A DNA stretch of 63,382 nucleotides, the filler included, from Octopus bimaculoides (lineage: Eukaryota), in NCBI RefSeq assembly GCF_001194135.2. It is 6 parts of 6 records of this genome, joined end to end, with 100 filler letters (N's around TTAATTAATTAA, not from the genome) between each part and the next. Parts side by side here need not be neighbours in the genome. Positions count along the whole stretch, not along the records: positions 36,143 to 45,470 come from NC_068998.1; positions 45,571 to 58,248 come from NC_069007.1; 4 more parts are not named here. One strand, given 5' to 3'. Positions within the stretch are counted from its first letter, which is position 1, and every line of letters begins with the position of its first letter. A program made the position numbers and the translations under genes. A model generated the notes under the pieces. That model did not search any database, was not told where the DNA came from, and saw only the letters and a program-made list of their open reading frames with translations. This document shows, piece by piece, positions 40,380-53,135 of this stretch.

Positions 40380-40720
40380 AGTAAAGGGTAAAGACTCCCT
40401 TCAGTCATAAATAACCATGGGATTGCACCTAGAACATTGCCCTCTGAGGCACAATTCCGGGTTAGGTTGTTTATAGAAGACTAGCTGTCACCCATGCATA
40501 CAATGCCACCTCTCCATGCCACCAATGTTTTCCAAGGGAAAGGCAAAGGCCGGTACTGCTTGGCACCAGTGACATCGCAACTCATTTCTACATCCAAGTG
40601 AACTGGAGCAACATGAAATAAAGTGTCTTGCTCAAGAACACAACACACAGCCCTGGTCCAGGAATCGAACTCACTAACTCATGATTGTGAGCCCAATGCT
40701 CTAAACACTGAGTCATGTGC
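40380..40720 (-). mobile_element. tRNA-derived SINE (related copy ~19390-19510)
   Basis: Minus head ggcacatgactcagtgtttagagc...gagttcgattcctgg, then gttcttgagcaagacacttta. Confidence 0.75.
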
Positions 40721-41487
40721 CTACACCATGTTGTAGTGGTTATCATATTGGCCTCACACACAGAAAGTTATCAGTTTGAAACTCACTGGAACCTAAAATT
40801 TAAAATGGTGAGCTGGCAGAATCTTTATATTCCGTGTTCAAATTCTACTGAGGTTGACTTTGCCTTTCATCCTTTCAGGCCCGATAAAATAAAACCAGTT
40901 GAGTACAGAGATAAATGTAATCAACTATACCCCTCCCTTCAAATTTCAGGCCTTGTACCCAAAGTAGAAAGGATTATTATTAATCACACACAGACAAACA
41001 CATACAAAATAAAACATGTTAATAGTTTAAAAATTATAATCTTTTAGAACAATTCCTTGAAATCCTTCCACTCATTTCTTAACCCAATTACTGTACTTTT
41101 AACTGCTCTAGGCATTAATTATCTCACAAAAATAACAGAAACTACTACCTCTAGCAATCTATCTCAGTCACTATAAATAATTTTCTAAGTTTTCTTTCTG
41201 TAAACTGTTCCATTACAGTTCACAGGAGAAAGTTTTTATTCCTTAACTAAGTCTATATTTAGATATTCTGTCATCTATTGCCATACTACATTGAAACTTA
41301 ATTCAATAATGTTTGCCCCCAAATTAGTATTTCTGAAAGAACCAGAGGTTGAGCTGGTGAGAATTCTTGTCTTAATTCAATTTTTCTTCATCCATACGTA
41401 CCCTGGATGTAAGTAAATGGAACAAAGTGAATAACGAATTGTTTACTAAGGTAAATCCAATAATGATAGAAAGATCGATGAATTTAG

Positions 41488-41555
<68 letters not shown>

Positions 41556-42092
41556 CATTTTAGATTTACGTCAAGAGCAAATGTCTGTCTGAAGTGATTG
41601 TAAAGTTTGTTACTGAATTTTTGAATTAAAGCATTGAGAGAATAAATTTGGTAAAAATAACACTGCAATGTAATTATGTTGTTTTTCAAAATAATTGGTT
41701 GGATGGATGAATGGCAGGGAAAATGAATAGNNNNNNNNNNNNNNNNNNNNNNNNNNNNNNNNNNNNNNNNNNNNNNNNNNNNNNNNNNNNNNNNNNNNNN
41801 NNNNNNNNNNNNNNNNNNNNNNNNNNNNNNNNNNNNNNNNNNNNNNNNNNNNNNNNNNNNNNNNNNNNNNNNNNNNNNNNNNNNNNNNNNNNNNNNNNNN
41901 NNNNNNNNNNNNNNNNNNNNNNNNNNNNNNNNNNNNNNNNNNNNNNNNNNNNNNNNNNNNNNNNNNNNNNNNNNNNNNNNNNNNNNNNNNNNNNNNNNNN
42001 NNNNNNNNNNNNNNNNNNNNNNNNNNNNNNNNNNNNNNNNNNNNNNNNNNNNNNNNNNNNNNNNNNNNNNNNNNNNNNNNNNNNNNNNNNNN

Positions 42093-42135
<43 letters not shown>

Positions 42136-42487
42136 CATATAGACACATACATATTCTTTTATTTTTTTACTTGTTTCAGTCATTTGACTGTGGCCATGTT
42201 GGAGCACTGCTTTTATTCAAAGAAATCAATCCCAGGACTTATCCTCCTGGTTTCTTTTGCTGAACAGCTAAGTTTCATGGATGTAAAAACACCAACATTG
42301 GTTGTCAAATGATGGCGGGGTGGGTGGGACAAACACAGACAGACACACAAACACATAAACATACATATATACAATGGGCTTATTTCAGATTCCACCTACC
42401 AAATCGACTCACAAGGCTTTGGTTGGCCTGAACCTGGAACCATGTGGTTAGGAATTAAGCTTCTTACTACACAGCCATTCCTGCACC

Positions 42488-42518
<31 letters not shown>

Positions 42519-42524
42519 ATAGAT

Positions 42525-42760
42525 ATATCATTAATGAGGGAGACAGAAGATGGAAGATACAAGAATCTTTATTGATCACTATAGTCGTTTTGATCCACCT
42601 AGCATCAATCCTTTGTGGGTGGGATACTTCACAACTGGTTTGGGTATACAGTATCCCACCCACGAGGAATCAATGCTAGATGGATCGAAGCACCTGTAGT
42701 GATCAATAGAAATTTTCGTATCTTCCATTTGTCTTTCTTATTAATAACATATCCAACAAA
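42525..42760. repeat. Long imperfect palindrome / foldback MITE-like element
   Basis: ~100-bp arms (atggaagatac...attgatcacta...gatcca...ctagcat...gtgggtgggatac) around a 23-nt loop. Confidence 0.85.
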
Positions 42761-43547
42761 CACTAAACCAATGAGCATGCTTTACCAGCAAACTACCTGG
42801 TGTATCCCATATGATTTATTAAATACATAAATAATATATATATATATATATATATATATCTGTGCTGCACAGAATTTTGTCAGTAAACAGGTCACAGTCT
42901 CAAAGCGACGAAAATATTTTGGGAAATTAAATTTAAATGTTGAAGTGAATCTAACGGTTTTTGTGTGTTTTTAAGTGGCTTATAAACACCTATGCTGCAA
43001 TTGTTTTTGTTTCAGCACATGATCTCAGATCAGGTCGCTTGCTATGCAAGTACATCTCCATAATTATGATGTTACTGAGAGCAGTATCTCATAGATATTT
43101 AATCAACCATAGGAGATGACTAGATTAACTGAACTGTTGAGTGTCTCTGTGGTCAATTTTACACACTAGAAGTAACAGCCATGTCTCCTTCAAATCTTAT
43201 CTGGGTATCTCAGAAAAAAATACATTGAATACTGTATTGCTGGGTTTCTTGGATGTAGGAAGAGAAAGATGGGACAGTCATGACTGAAATGCTTTTGATC
43301 ATAACTATCCTTGATCAGAGAAGACTTGAGATGAAACAACAACAATGAAAAGGGTGGGGAAATGAGAAGATGAGAAGGGGGGAAGACGAGTGGGGGAAGA
43401 CGAGCGGGGGAGAAGGGAAGACGAGAGGGGGAAGATGAGAGGGAGAGGCGAGGTTGGGGAAAAGAGTGAACGAGAGTATCCATAAATATTAGCAATCAAC
43501 AGAAAGTTTATATTTGTATTATATGTCTATTCTGCGTATACTATTCT

Positions 43548-43740
43548 TTTATTCTTTTACTTGTTTCAGTCATTTGACTGTGGCCATGCTGGTGCATTGC
43601 TTTTAGTTGAACAAATCGACCCCAGGACTTATTCTTTGTAAGCCTAGTACTTATTCTATCAGTCTCTTTTGCCAAACCACTAGGTTACGGTGATGTAAAC
43701 AAACCAGCATTGGTTGTTAAGCGATGGTGGGGGAACAAAC

Positions 43741-43784
<44 letters not shown>

Positions 43785-43946
43785 CAAAGGCTTCTTTCAG
43801 TTTCCGTCTACCAAATCCAATCACAAGGCTTTGGTCGGCCCGAAGCTATAGTAGAAGACACTTGCCCAAGATGCCACGCAGTGGGACTGAACCCGGAACC
43901 ATGTGGTTGGTAAGCAAGCTACTTACCACACAGCCACTCCTGCACC
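43548..43946 (-). mobile_element. SINE family A, full length (partner copy ~42160-42490, also minus)
   Basis: Reverse-complement match to the 16477 copy. Confidence 0.92.
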
Positions 43947-44699
43947 TATGTATATTATTTCCAAGCCCTGACTGAATATTATAATAAATAAATAATAGAA
44001 TTTCTTCTAAGGTTGCCTATGTTTTGAAAATTAGCCTGAAGCGTTCTCTAAACAATGGATGTGAAATGCATTGATTCTGTTCAAAATATTCTGGACAGCT
44101 ATTCAAGAACATTAACTGTATCAATCTTATCAGTCCCAGAAGCCCTGCAGAAGTGATTGGAATGGCCTCTTCCTCCTGCTCTTTTGCACAAAAATCATTC
44201 TATTAAAGACATTTTGAGATACTAAATTGAGATACTGAATTGGAGACAATGAAACACGTCTGGAGTAATTATGGCATGTCATTGTTGAGCTTGTGAATGA
44301 TAATAAAATGGCAAGTGATTTGCAGGCCAAAATCTCCCGGCAGGAACGTTTAAATCAAGACAGGTAACTCAAAAAATACTGGTTGATCGGGCAATATATT
44401 AAAAGAGATCTGGTCTTCAAAGCCAACTGGTGGAAGCAACGGTCCTGTTTCTATGTTATTAAACCACCTCAGCAAAACCTATTCTACTCTCAATATATAT
44501 ATATATATATATATATGTAATAAGAGAATGAGATAGATAGAGAGAAAGAGAGAGAAATGTAAGGATGAAAAATAACTACTGAATATTTCTAATTATTCTT
44601 AGAATCTACATATTATAAATTGTAAAAGAAAGAAAACCAATACTTTATCTATAATATATAATGAAACATGAATACAACACTGTGCTGCCNNNNNNNNNN

Positions 44700-44738
<39 letters not shown>

Positions 44739-45239
44739 ACAAATTTGTATATGTGCATGTGTACTGCAAAATACAATTATCACATTTTCATGGGAAATAA
44801 AAAGCCATTATCATATTTTGTTTATTATTAAACAGCTAATTTTCTCATTATTATAACCCACCATTGTTAATGGCTGTCTTAATATTAATAATAATAATAA
44901 TAATTAATATTAACAATCACAATAATAATAATAATAATAATTTTTCCTTTTCTTTTTCACTAATTACAATATTTACTGAGTGGATTGGAAATTATGGTAT
45001 GAAAACGCACATTGTACTATGTTATTTATTTGTATTTAATAGTATTCTTTTATTCCTTGACTGGTTTAAGACTGTGGTCTTTAAGGGCCACTGTTTTCAA
45101 GAGCTTTAGTTAATTATGCTGGCCCTGTTATTTTGTCTGGAACTCATTTTAATGACCTCTATGCATTGACTGAGTGAATTTCACTGTGAATAGACACCCT
45201 TTTTTAAGGGAATTGATATAAATATAAAAAGGAAATTTA

Positions 45240-45420
45240 TGTAGGAGCCTGGATTTTGTAGGATTCTCCATGAGATTGTGTATGGAATCCTATCATCCTT
45301 CAGCTGCCATACATGGCTGGCTAATGACATAACATAATCTCCTTTCTGGTATCCTGAAGGAGGTTCTGTAGTTATAGAGTTGTTGCTTGAATGTGTTACC
45401 AGAGCAACCAATGTATCTCC
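45240..45420 (-). mobile_element. Penelope-like GIY-YIG endonuclease-region fragment
   Basis: SLASHVWQLKDDRIPYTISWRILQ motif. Confidence 0.7.
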
Positions 45421-45570
45421 ATGCTCGGGTGTTGGTGGTACTGTATCTGTTATTATATATATATATATATNNNNNNNNNNNNNNNNNNNNNNNNNNNNNN
45501 NNNNNNNNNNNNNNTTAATTAATTAANNNNNNNNNNNNNNNNNNNNNNNNNNNNNNNNNNNNNNNNNNNN

Positions 45571-45843
45571 TTTCAAACTGTGGTCCGCAAGGACAAGACA
45601 AGGGGTCCGTGGACAGCAAATACTTTTTATGGGCAATTTGATTTTATATATGTTTTTTAATCGAAATCTTTTAATTGACAATAAACCTATTTGTTAAATA
45701 CTGTTAAATAAATAAATGTAAAAATATATGTTATTTTAAGCAAATATTTATGTATAAATTTCATAAGCGTTTATAAGGGGGTCCCTAAGGTAAAGCCTGA
45801 AATATAAAGGGGTCCGCAAGTCAAAAAGTTTGAAAACCCCTGG
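45571..45843. mobile_element. hAT-type MITE, left end cut by the scaffold linker
   Basis: Left tttcaaactgtggtccgc; right end rc caggggttttcaaactttttgacttgcggacccc. Confidence 0.75.
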
Positions 45844-47908
45844 TCTACACGGAATGATGCAACACACGATGTCAGTGGTCATGCAACTGAAGTTTCGTGG
45901 AATTTCGCACCTGAATTCCACACGGATTTTTCCCTTTGTCTCTTTCTTTCTCTCTTTCTCCCTCCTTTCTGTTTATGTGTGAGCGTATGTATATGTGTGT
46001 GTGTATGTATATGCATGTATATGTGCGTGTATGTGTATCTATGTGCGTGAATGTATTGTGTGTGTATGTAGGTATGTATATATGAGTGTGTATGTAGGTA
46101 TGTATATGTATGTGAATGTGTGTGTATATGTGTGTGTACGTGTGTGTGCGTGTGTGTATATATATATATATTTGCGTGTGTGTGAATGTGTATATAAGTT
46201 CATATAAATGTGCAATTAATTTACGTAGCTGCAGAGGTAAACAAACATATATTAAACACACACATATATGCATGCCTCTATCTCACCCGCTCTCTCACCA
46301 TAAACACATACATACATTCACACACATACATACATACATACATACATACATACACACCCGCAATCTATTGACCGAAGCAAGTAACATATATATATGCATC
46401 GATCTGGGAATAAACGAATAATAGATCACTGATCTCCAGAGGTCAACCCAAACTTCCTAAATTTGGTTCGAATCCAATAGAATTATCTCTTGACGAATAA
46501 ATTAACAGGAACCTACCGTCTCCAAACAGAATTAAATGATGAAAAATGTGTTTTTACTTCTTTTANNNNNNNNNNNNNNNNNNNNNNNNNNNNNNNNNNN
46601 NNNNNNNNNNNNNNNNNNNNNNNNNNNNNNNNNNNNNNNNNNNNNNNNNNNNNNNNNNNNNNNNNNNNNNNNNNNNNNNNNNNNNNNNNNNNNNNNNNNN
46701 NNNNNNNNNNNNNNNNNNNNNNNNNNNNNNNNNNNNNNNNNNNNNNNNNNNNNNNNNNNNNNNNNNNNNNNNNNNNNNNNNNNNNNNNNNNNNNNNNNNN
46801 NNNNNNNNNNNNNNNNNNNNNNNNNNNNNNNNNNNNNNNNNNNNNNNNNNNNNNNNNNNNNNNNNNNNNNNNNNNNNNNNNNNNNNNNNNNNNNNNNNNN
46901 NNNNNNNNNNNNNNNNNNNNNNNNNNNNNNNNNNNNNNNNNNNNNNNNNNNNNNNNNNNNNNNNNNNNNNNNNNNNNNNNNNNNNNNNNNNNNNNNNNNN
47001 NNNNNNNNNNNNNNNNNNNNNNNNNNNNNNNNNNNNNNNNNNNNNNNNNNNNNNNNNNNNNNNNNNNNNNNNNNNNNNNNNNNNNNNNNNNNNNNNNNNN
47101 NNNNNNNNNNNNNNNNNNNNNNNNNNNNNNNNNNNNNNNNNNNNNNNNNNNNNNNNNNNNNNNNNNATATATATATATTGCAATAAGAAAATGGAGGAGA
47201 ATATGCGGTATTTTCTTATTGCTATATAAATTTAGGGTAAAATAATCCCCTTTTACCCGCACCTACTTATTACACTTGGTATAACACTAGTGTAACAATA
47301 ATTGGGTACCCTCCCAGCAGTATATTGGATAGTTACTATCCCTTAGTAGGTTGAATCCTCAACCCCTAACTCATTTGCATTATATATATATATATAAATA
47401 TAAGCTTCGGGTTCATTCTCACTGCGTGGCACCTTGGTAAACTGTCTTCTACTATTTGCCTTGTGAGTAAATTTAGTTGACAGAAACTGTGTGGAAGCCT
47501 TTCGTGTACACATGTGTATATTTGTTTTCTTGTGGCTGTGTCCAGCCGCCTTCATTAAACAGTGTTGATTTGTTTGCGTCTCTGTAACCTAGCAGTTCGG
47601 TACAAGAAAAATAATAAAATCAATACTAGACTTTAAAAAAGAAACTTACAGTACTGGGGTCGATCTGTTGTACTAAAACCCTTTGGGGGCAGTGCACCAG
47701 TGAGGGCTGCTGTCCAATGATAGAAACAAGTAAGAGATAATAGATGAAACGAAAACGTTTCCTTTAAATATTCTTGCTCATCATCTGCCGTACTTGCGGA
47801 CGTCAGCGGTCAATGACCACCACAGCTTCTTGTTCTGCACTATACACAGCTTACCAAGTTATTGGACTTGTGTAGCAATTTCAGATTAATCCCCCGCATT
47901 CAGCTTAC

Positions 47909-47971
47909 GGTAATCCGAAATCGTGTTTGCATTAACCAGGTGGTAGGATGAAATAGATTTCAAATACACTC
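47909..47971 (-). other. Candidate (5'UTR?) exon of the minus-strand gene
   Basis: ttccttatttcctgtcag acceptor, |gtaagc donor, 63 nt, in a unique CpG-containing neighbourhood. Confidence 0.35.
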
Positions 47972-48202
47972 TGACAGGAAATAAGGAATCGATTTCGCCC
48001 AACTTCCTGTGATATCAGTTAACCCCACTCAAATCCCTCCTTAGCTGTTTGTCGTAAAAAACAAACAACAACAACAACAAAAATAAAAAAAAACCGCAAT
48101 GGTTTTAGTTTTAGAAATTGCAGACACGGAATCTCTGATATTCAAAGTTTTTTTTCAATTGTTTCTTTTAATCTCAAAGGATTTTTTTTAAATCTTTTTT
48201 TT

Positions 48203-48580
48203 TCGTTTTTTGTTTTTTGCCAAATAAACACACGCGCTACGTACTCGTTCTTCACTCCAGCTCTGTAATTATTCTAATTTTAGTGTCCTTTATCTGAAAA
48301 TCTTTCGTCACACACCCTGTGACCTCTCCAGTGACTCTCCATCCCACGTCTCTCCTCCTGTTCTGTTTAGTCCATTCTGTCTTTCTAGTCTGTTTTTCAT
48401 ATAGAAAAACAGAAAGGACTAATTCAGAACAGGAGAAAACGTGCGGGTTGAAGAATCGCTGAAGAGGTCACAGGATGTGTGACGAAATATTTAAAACAAA
48501 GGACACTAAAATAAAATAATAATAAAACCTGAAGTGAAGACGGAGTATATAGTGCATGTGTTTATTTGGCCAAAAAACGA
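48203..48580 (-). other. Long inverted repeat able to form a ~180-bp RNA hairpin with a 14-nt loop
   Basis: Arms 48203-48387 and 48402-48580 aligned by hand; most mismatches are G-U-compatible on the minus strand. Confidence 0.9.
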
Positions 48581-49503
48581 CCAACCCGAAATACAACAAT
48601 ATTAATAAAATTATTAATATCATTAAAAACTTTAATAACATAATGATATGCAACAAAAATTGAATTGCTACTTCTAAGATTTTCGTAATGATTTTGTGAG
48701 ATTATGTAAAGACTTCGTGGACAGCCTGTATATATATTCATGTCTTAATAGCAATTGCCGACATCATCGTATTATTTGTACCAGTAACGAATGGAAGGTT
48801 AAGCTGCATTTCTCAACTTCGATGAGGCATTTTTGTTCAAACTGTTTGTTCTAAGACTTGAAAATCAATATCTTAAAAATCACTAATGACAACAGCGCTA
48901 TTATCATATCTATCTTCGATTTTATCTTCATTATCGTCATCATTACCGCTGTCATCACTACCTTCATCTTCGCCATCATCTTGACTATCGTTGTCGTCAT
49001 CACCATCATCCTCATTGTCATCATCATCTTTATCACCATAATCACCATCACTATAATAGTGGGTATCCTCGTCGTCATTAGCAACATCATCGTCAGCATC
49101 GTCATCACCACCACCACCATCACCGCCAACGCCATACTCTCTTTAGATGACAAACTCAGCGATTTCCATAATTAGAATCGATAGAACTGATGACGACAGA
49201 AGTGACTGCTGCGTCGGCGGTGATGGTGGCTAGGAGTGGGTGTAGTGAAATGGTGCTGGCGCCAGCGTAGGTTTACACTGTTTATAAGTGCTAAAAACGA
49301 CAAGATGAAGCTACTGAACAAGAGTGAACGAAATAAAACTTCTTGACAATAATTCAACAAAGCAGAACGAAGAGCTGGCAGGATCGGTAGAGCGCCAGAA
49401 AAAAACCACTTTGCCAAATTTGTCCCGGCTTTATACGTTCCGAATTCAAGTTCCACCGATGTGAGTGAATTTGGTTGACGGAAACCGAAAGAAGCCCGGT
49501 GAG

Positions 49504-49552
<49 letters not shown>

Positions 49553-50103
49553 GTATATAGGCGCAGGAGTGGCTGTTTGGTAAGTAGCTTGCTTACCAAC
49601 CACACGGTTCCGGGTTCATTCCCACTGCGTGGCACCTTGGGCAAATGTCTTCTACTATAGCCTCGGGCCGACCAAAGCCTTGTGAGTGGATTTGATAGAC
49701 GGAAACTGAAAGAATCCTGTCGTATATATNNNNNNNNNNNNNNNNNNNNNNNNNNNNNNNNNNNNNNNNNNNNNNNNNNNNNNNNNNNNNNNNNNNNNNN
49801 NNNNNNNNNNNNNNNNNNNNNNNNNNNNNNNNNNNNNNNNNNNNNNNNNNNNNNNNNNNNNNNNNNNNNNNNNNNNNNNNNNNNNNNNNNNNNNNNNNNN
49901 NNNNNNNNNNNNNNNNNNNNNNNNNNNNNNNNNNNNNNNNNNNNNNNNNNNNNNNNNNNNNNNNNNNNNNNNNNNNNNNNNNNNNNNNNNNNNNNNNNNN
50001 NNNNNNNNNNNNNNNNNNNNNNNNNNNNNNNNNNNNNNNNNNNNNNNNNNNNNNNNNNNNNNNNNNNNNNNNNNNNNNNNNNNNNNNNNNNNNNNNNNNN
50101 NNN

Positions 50104-50134
<31 letters not shown>

Positions 50135-50424
50135 TAGGCGTGGTCGTGTGGTAAGAAGCTTGCTTCCCAGCCACAAGGTGCCTGGTTCAGTCCTACTGCA
50201 TGCTACCTTGGGTAAGTGTCTTCTATTATAGCCTCGGACAGAGAACATCTTGCTTTAGCCACACCATGGAAGCTAATGATGTGGCTAAAGCAAAATGTTC
50301 TCTGTCTGTCTCCCTAACCTCTGGGAGATTTTAGGTATTATTATACTAATGTGTCCATCTGTTCTAATTTAATTACATTCTATGTCNNNNNNNNNNGCTA
50401 GACGGAAACTGAAAGAAGCCAGTC

Positions 50425-50467
<43 letters not shown>

Positions 50468-50713
50468 TTTGTGTCTGTGTTTCTCCCCCATCATCGACTG
50501 ACAACCGCTGTTGGGCGTGTTTACGTCCCCGTAAGTTAACGGTTCGGCAACAAGTACCACACTTTAACAAAAAAGTCCTAGGTCGATTTAGTCGACTGAT
50601 ATCCTTCAAGCTGGTGCTCCAGCATGGCCGCAGTCAAATAACAGAAACAAATAAACGATAAAACATATAACTACGTGCACAACATTATAGTAATGTTGCA
50701 GGATGTTGATGTA

Positions 50714-50894
50714 GAGGCGCAATGGCCCAGTGGTTAGGGCAGCGGACTCGCGGTCACAGGATCGCGGTTTCGATTCCCAGACCGGGCGTTGTGAGTGTTT
50801 ATTGACCGTAAACACCTAAAAGCTCCACGAGGCTCTGGCAGGGGATGGTGGCGAACCCTGCTGTACTCTTTCTCTCACTCTTACTTCCGGTTTC
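50714..50894 (+). mobile_element. tRNA(Arg)-like-headed SINE (3' part lost in gap)
   Basis: A box tggcccagtgg, B box ggtttcgattccc; near-identical to the 53136-53519 copy. Confidence 0.9.
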
Positions 50895-51654
50895 NNNNNN
50901 NNNNNNNNNNNNNNNNNNNNNNNNNNNNNNNNNNNNNNNNNNNNNNNNNNNNNNNNNNNNNNNNNNNNNNNNNNNNNNNNNNNNNNNNNNNNNNNNNNNN
51001 NNNNNNNNNNNNNNNNNNNNNNNNNNNNNNNNNNNNNNNNNNNNNNNNNNNNNNNNNNNNNNNNNNNNNNNNNNNNNNNNNNNNNNNNNNNNNNNNNNNN
51101 NNNNNNNNNNNNNNNNNNNNNNNNNNNNNNNNNNNNNNNNNNNNNNNNNNNNNNNNNNNNNNNNNNNNNNNNNNNNNNNNNNNNNNNNNNNNNNNNNNNN
51201 NNNNNNNNNNNNNNNNNNNNNNNNNNNNNNNNNNNNNNNNNNNNNNNNNNNNNNNNNNNNNNNNNNNNNNNNNNNNNNNNNNNNNNNNNNNNNNNNNNNN
51301 NNNNNNNNNNNNNNNNNNNNNNNNNNNNNNNNNNNNNNNNNNNNNNNNNNNNNNNNNNNNNNNNNNNNNNNNNNNNNNNNNNNNNNNNNNNNNNNNNNNN
51401 NNNNNNNNNNNNNNNNNNNNNNNNNNNNNTTTTAATTTAGTATTTGTAAATTACTCGAGAATATTTCGCGAAGAAATCGTTAAAAATTCTTCGCTTTGCT
51501 TTCTATTTTGATTTGGTAAATACCAAAATCATTTATAATTTTATTTGTTTGTGTAAATCATCTCAATTGCTAAACTATCATTATTCACATTTTGTACAAC
51601 AAGATGAGAAACGATGATATGCAGGTTTATAATTAATATGTTCCAGATGATTAA

Positions 51655-52085
51655 GGAGGCGAGCTGGCAGAATCGTTAGCACGCCGAGCAAAATGCTTAG
51701 CGGCATTTATGATCTGAGTTCAAATTCCACCGAGGACAATGTTACCTTTAATCCTTTCGGTTTCGTTAAAATAGGTACCAGTTGAGATTTGGGGCCGATG
51801 TAATCGACATACCCGCTCCTCCGAAATTTCTTGTGCCTATAGTAGAAATTATTATTATTATTATTATTATTATTGCTGTGAGCTGGCAGAATTTTAGCAC
51901 GCCGGACAAACTGCTGCTAAGCATTTTGTCTGTCTTTACGTCCTGTGTTCAAATTTCGCCGATGTCGACGTTACCTTTTAACCCTTCGAGATCATTAAAA
52001 TAGGTGCTAGTTGAGCACTGGGGGTCGATGTAATCAACTTACCTCAGCCCCCGAAATTGCTGGCCTTGTGCCAAAATTTGGAACT
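51655..52085 (+). mobile_element. Two tandem SINE family B copies joined by (ATT)n
   Basis: gagctggcagaat..ttagcacgccg heads at ~51660 and ~51880. Confidence 0.9.
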
Positions 52086-52089
52086 TTTA

Positions 52090-52940
52090 TGTTCCGGCAG
52101 ATTCGAACGCAAAATATGCTATTCGCTATTGTATACGTCACAGAACAGCTGTTTCCTTTTACGATGACAGCGTGTTCCTAACATCCGGCTCATTGGCACA
52201 AAGGATTCTGGGACACCGGTATTTCTACATACTGTGTCTCGTTAGTAATACATACCCGGGCTTATTGAGCTTAAACAACCCACTAGTTTATGTTATAATT
52301 TCGACATACAAACTGTTTCGGACCTCGCTGTACGCAGTGAAAATAATGATTTATCGATTGATAGATATAAGCTTTGATCAGCAAACAGTTCATTCGTATG
52401 GAACTTACTTCCCTGTTACATCACTCCGGGTTCAGTCCCACTGCGTAGCACCTTGAGTAAATGACTTCTCCTATAGCATCGAGCCGACCAATGTCTTGCG
52501 AGTGGATTTGGTAGACAGAAACTGAAAGAAACCCGTGGTGTGTATGTCTGTGTGTGTCCGTGTTTGTCGCCACCCCCACTGCTTAGCAATCGATATTGGC
52601 GTGTTTATGTTGCAAAAGAGACCGATAGAAGAAGTACAAGGCTTTAAAAAAGTAAGTCCTGGGGTCGACTTGTTCGACTAAAACCCTTCAAGGTTGTGTT
52701 CTAGCATGGCAAAAATGACTAAAACAAATAAAGGATATTAAAGATAAACACAATGGGTTGTTTAGGCTAAAGGTTCAAGTGCTTCTGGCTAACGATACAC
52801 AATATGTCGAAACGTCAATATCCTAGAATTATTTGCGCCAATGTACCGAGTGTGTTATGAGTACATTGTCTTCGTAAATGAAGGTTGTTTTCCTGTGACG
52901 TACACAACAACGACTAGCGTATTTTGCGTTCGAACAAATA
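52090..52940. repeat. Old long inverted repeat (~200-bp arms 52090-52300 and 52735-52940) with SINE A (52380-52735) in the spacer
   Basis: ttcgaacgcaaaata(t/c)gct, tacgtcacag, cattggc(a/g)caaa and taaacaaccca shared in inverted orientation; roughly 70% identity by eye. Confidence 0.8.
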
Positions 52941-53135
52941 TGCAGATCCTCATTTTAGATCTCGTTGTACACGATGCAAACAACTTCTTTTTGTTTAATC
53001 GTAGTATTATTTTGTATAAAAGGGTCCTCACTGGCGTGTCGTACATGACAGTCTGAGACACAAGTTATGAAATATCTAAGCTATAAATTTTTAATATGTA
53101 CAAGAATTGTATTCATTTTCACAGTAAAGTTCGAC

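Noticed and set aside
48218-48387. Idea that arm 1 of the hairpin is a retro-copied ADAR-hyperedited RNA (A-to-G on the minus strand)
   Set aside because: Several changed sites have a 5' G neighbour, which ADAR disfavours, and there is no TSD or poly(A) evidence.
48851-49175. Opposite-strand Ile/Val-rich and Met-rich ORFs
   Set aside because: Degenerate (ATC/GTC)n repeat.
49172-49603. 143-aa ORF with a TM-like stretch
   Set aside because: The first two thirds derive from SINE A, (CA)n and a decayed SINE B; the remainder is low complexity.
50714-50790. tRNA-Arg-like gene
   Set aside because: Continues directly into a multi-copy SINE body, has no proper acceptor stem, and recurs at 53519.
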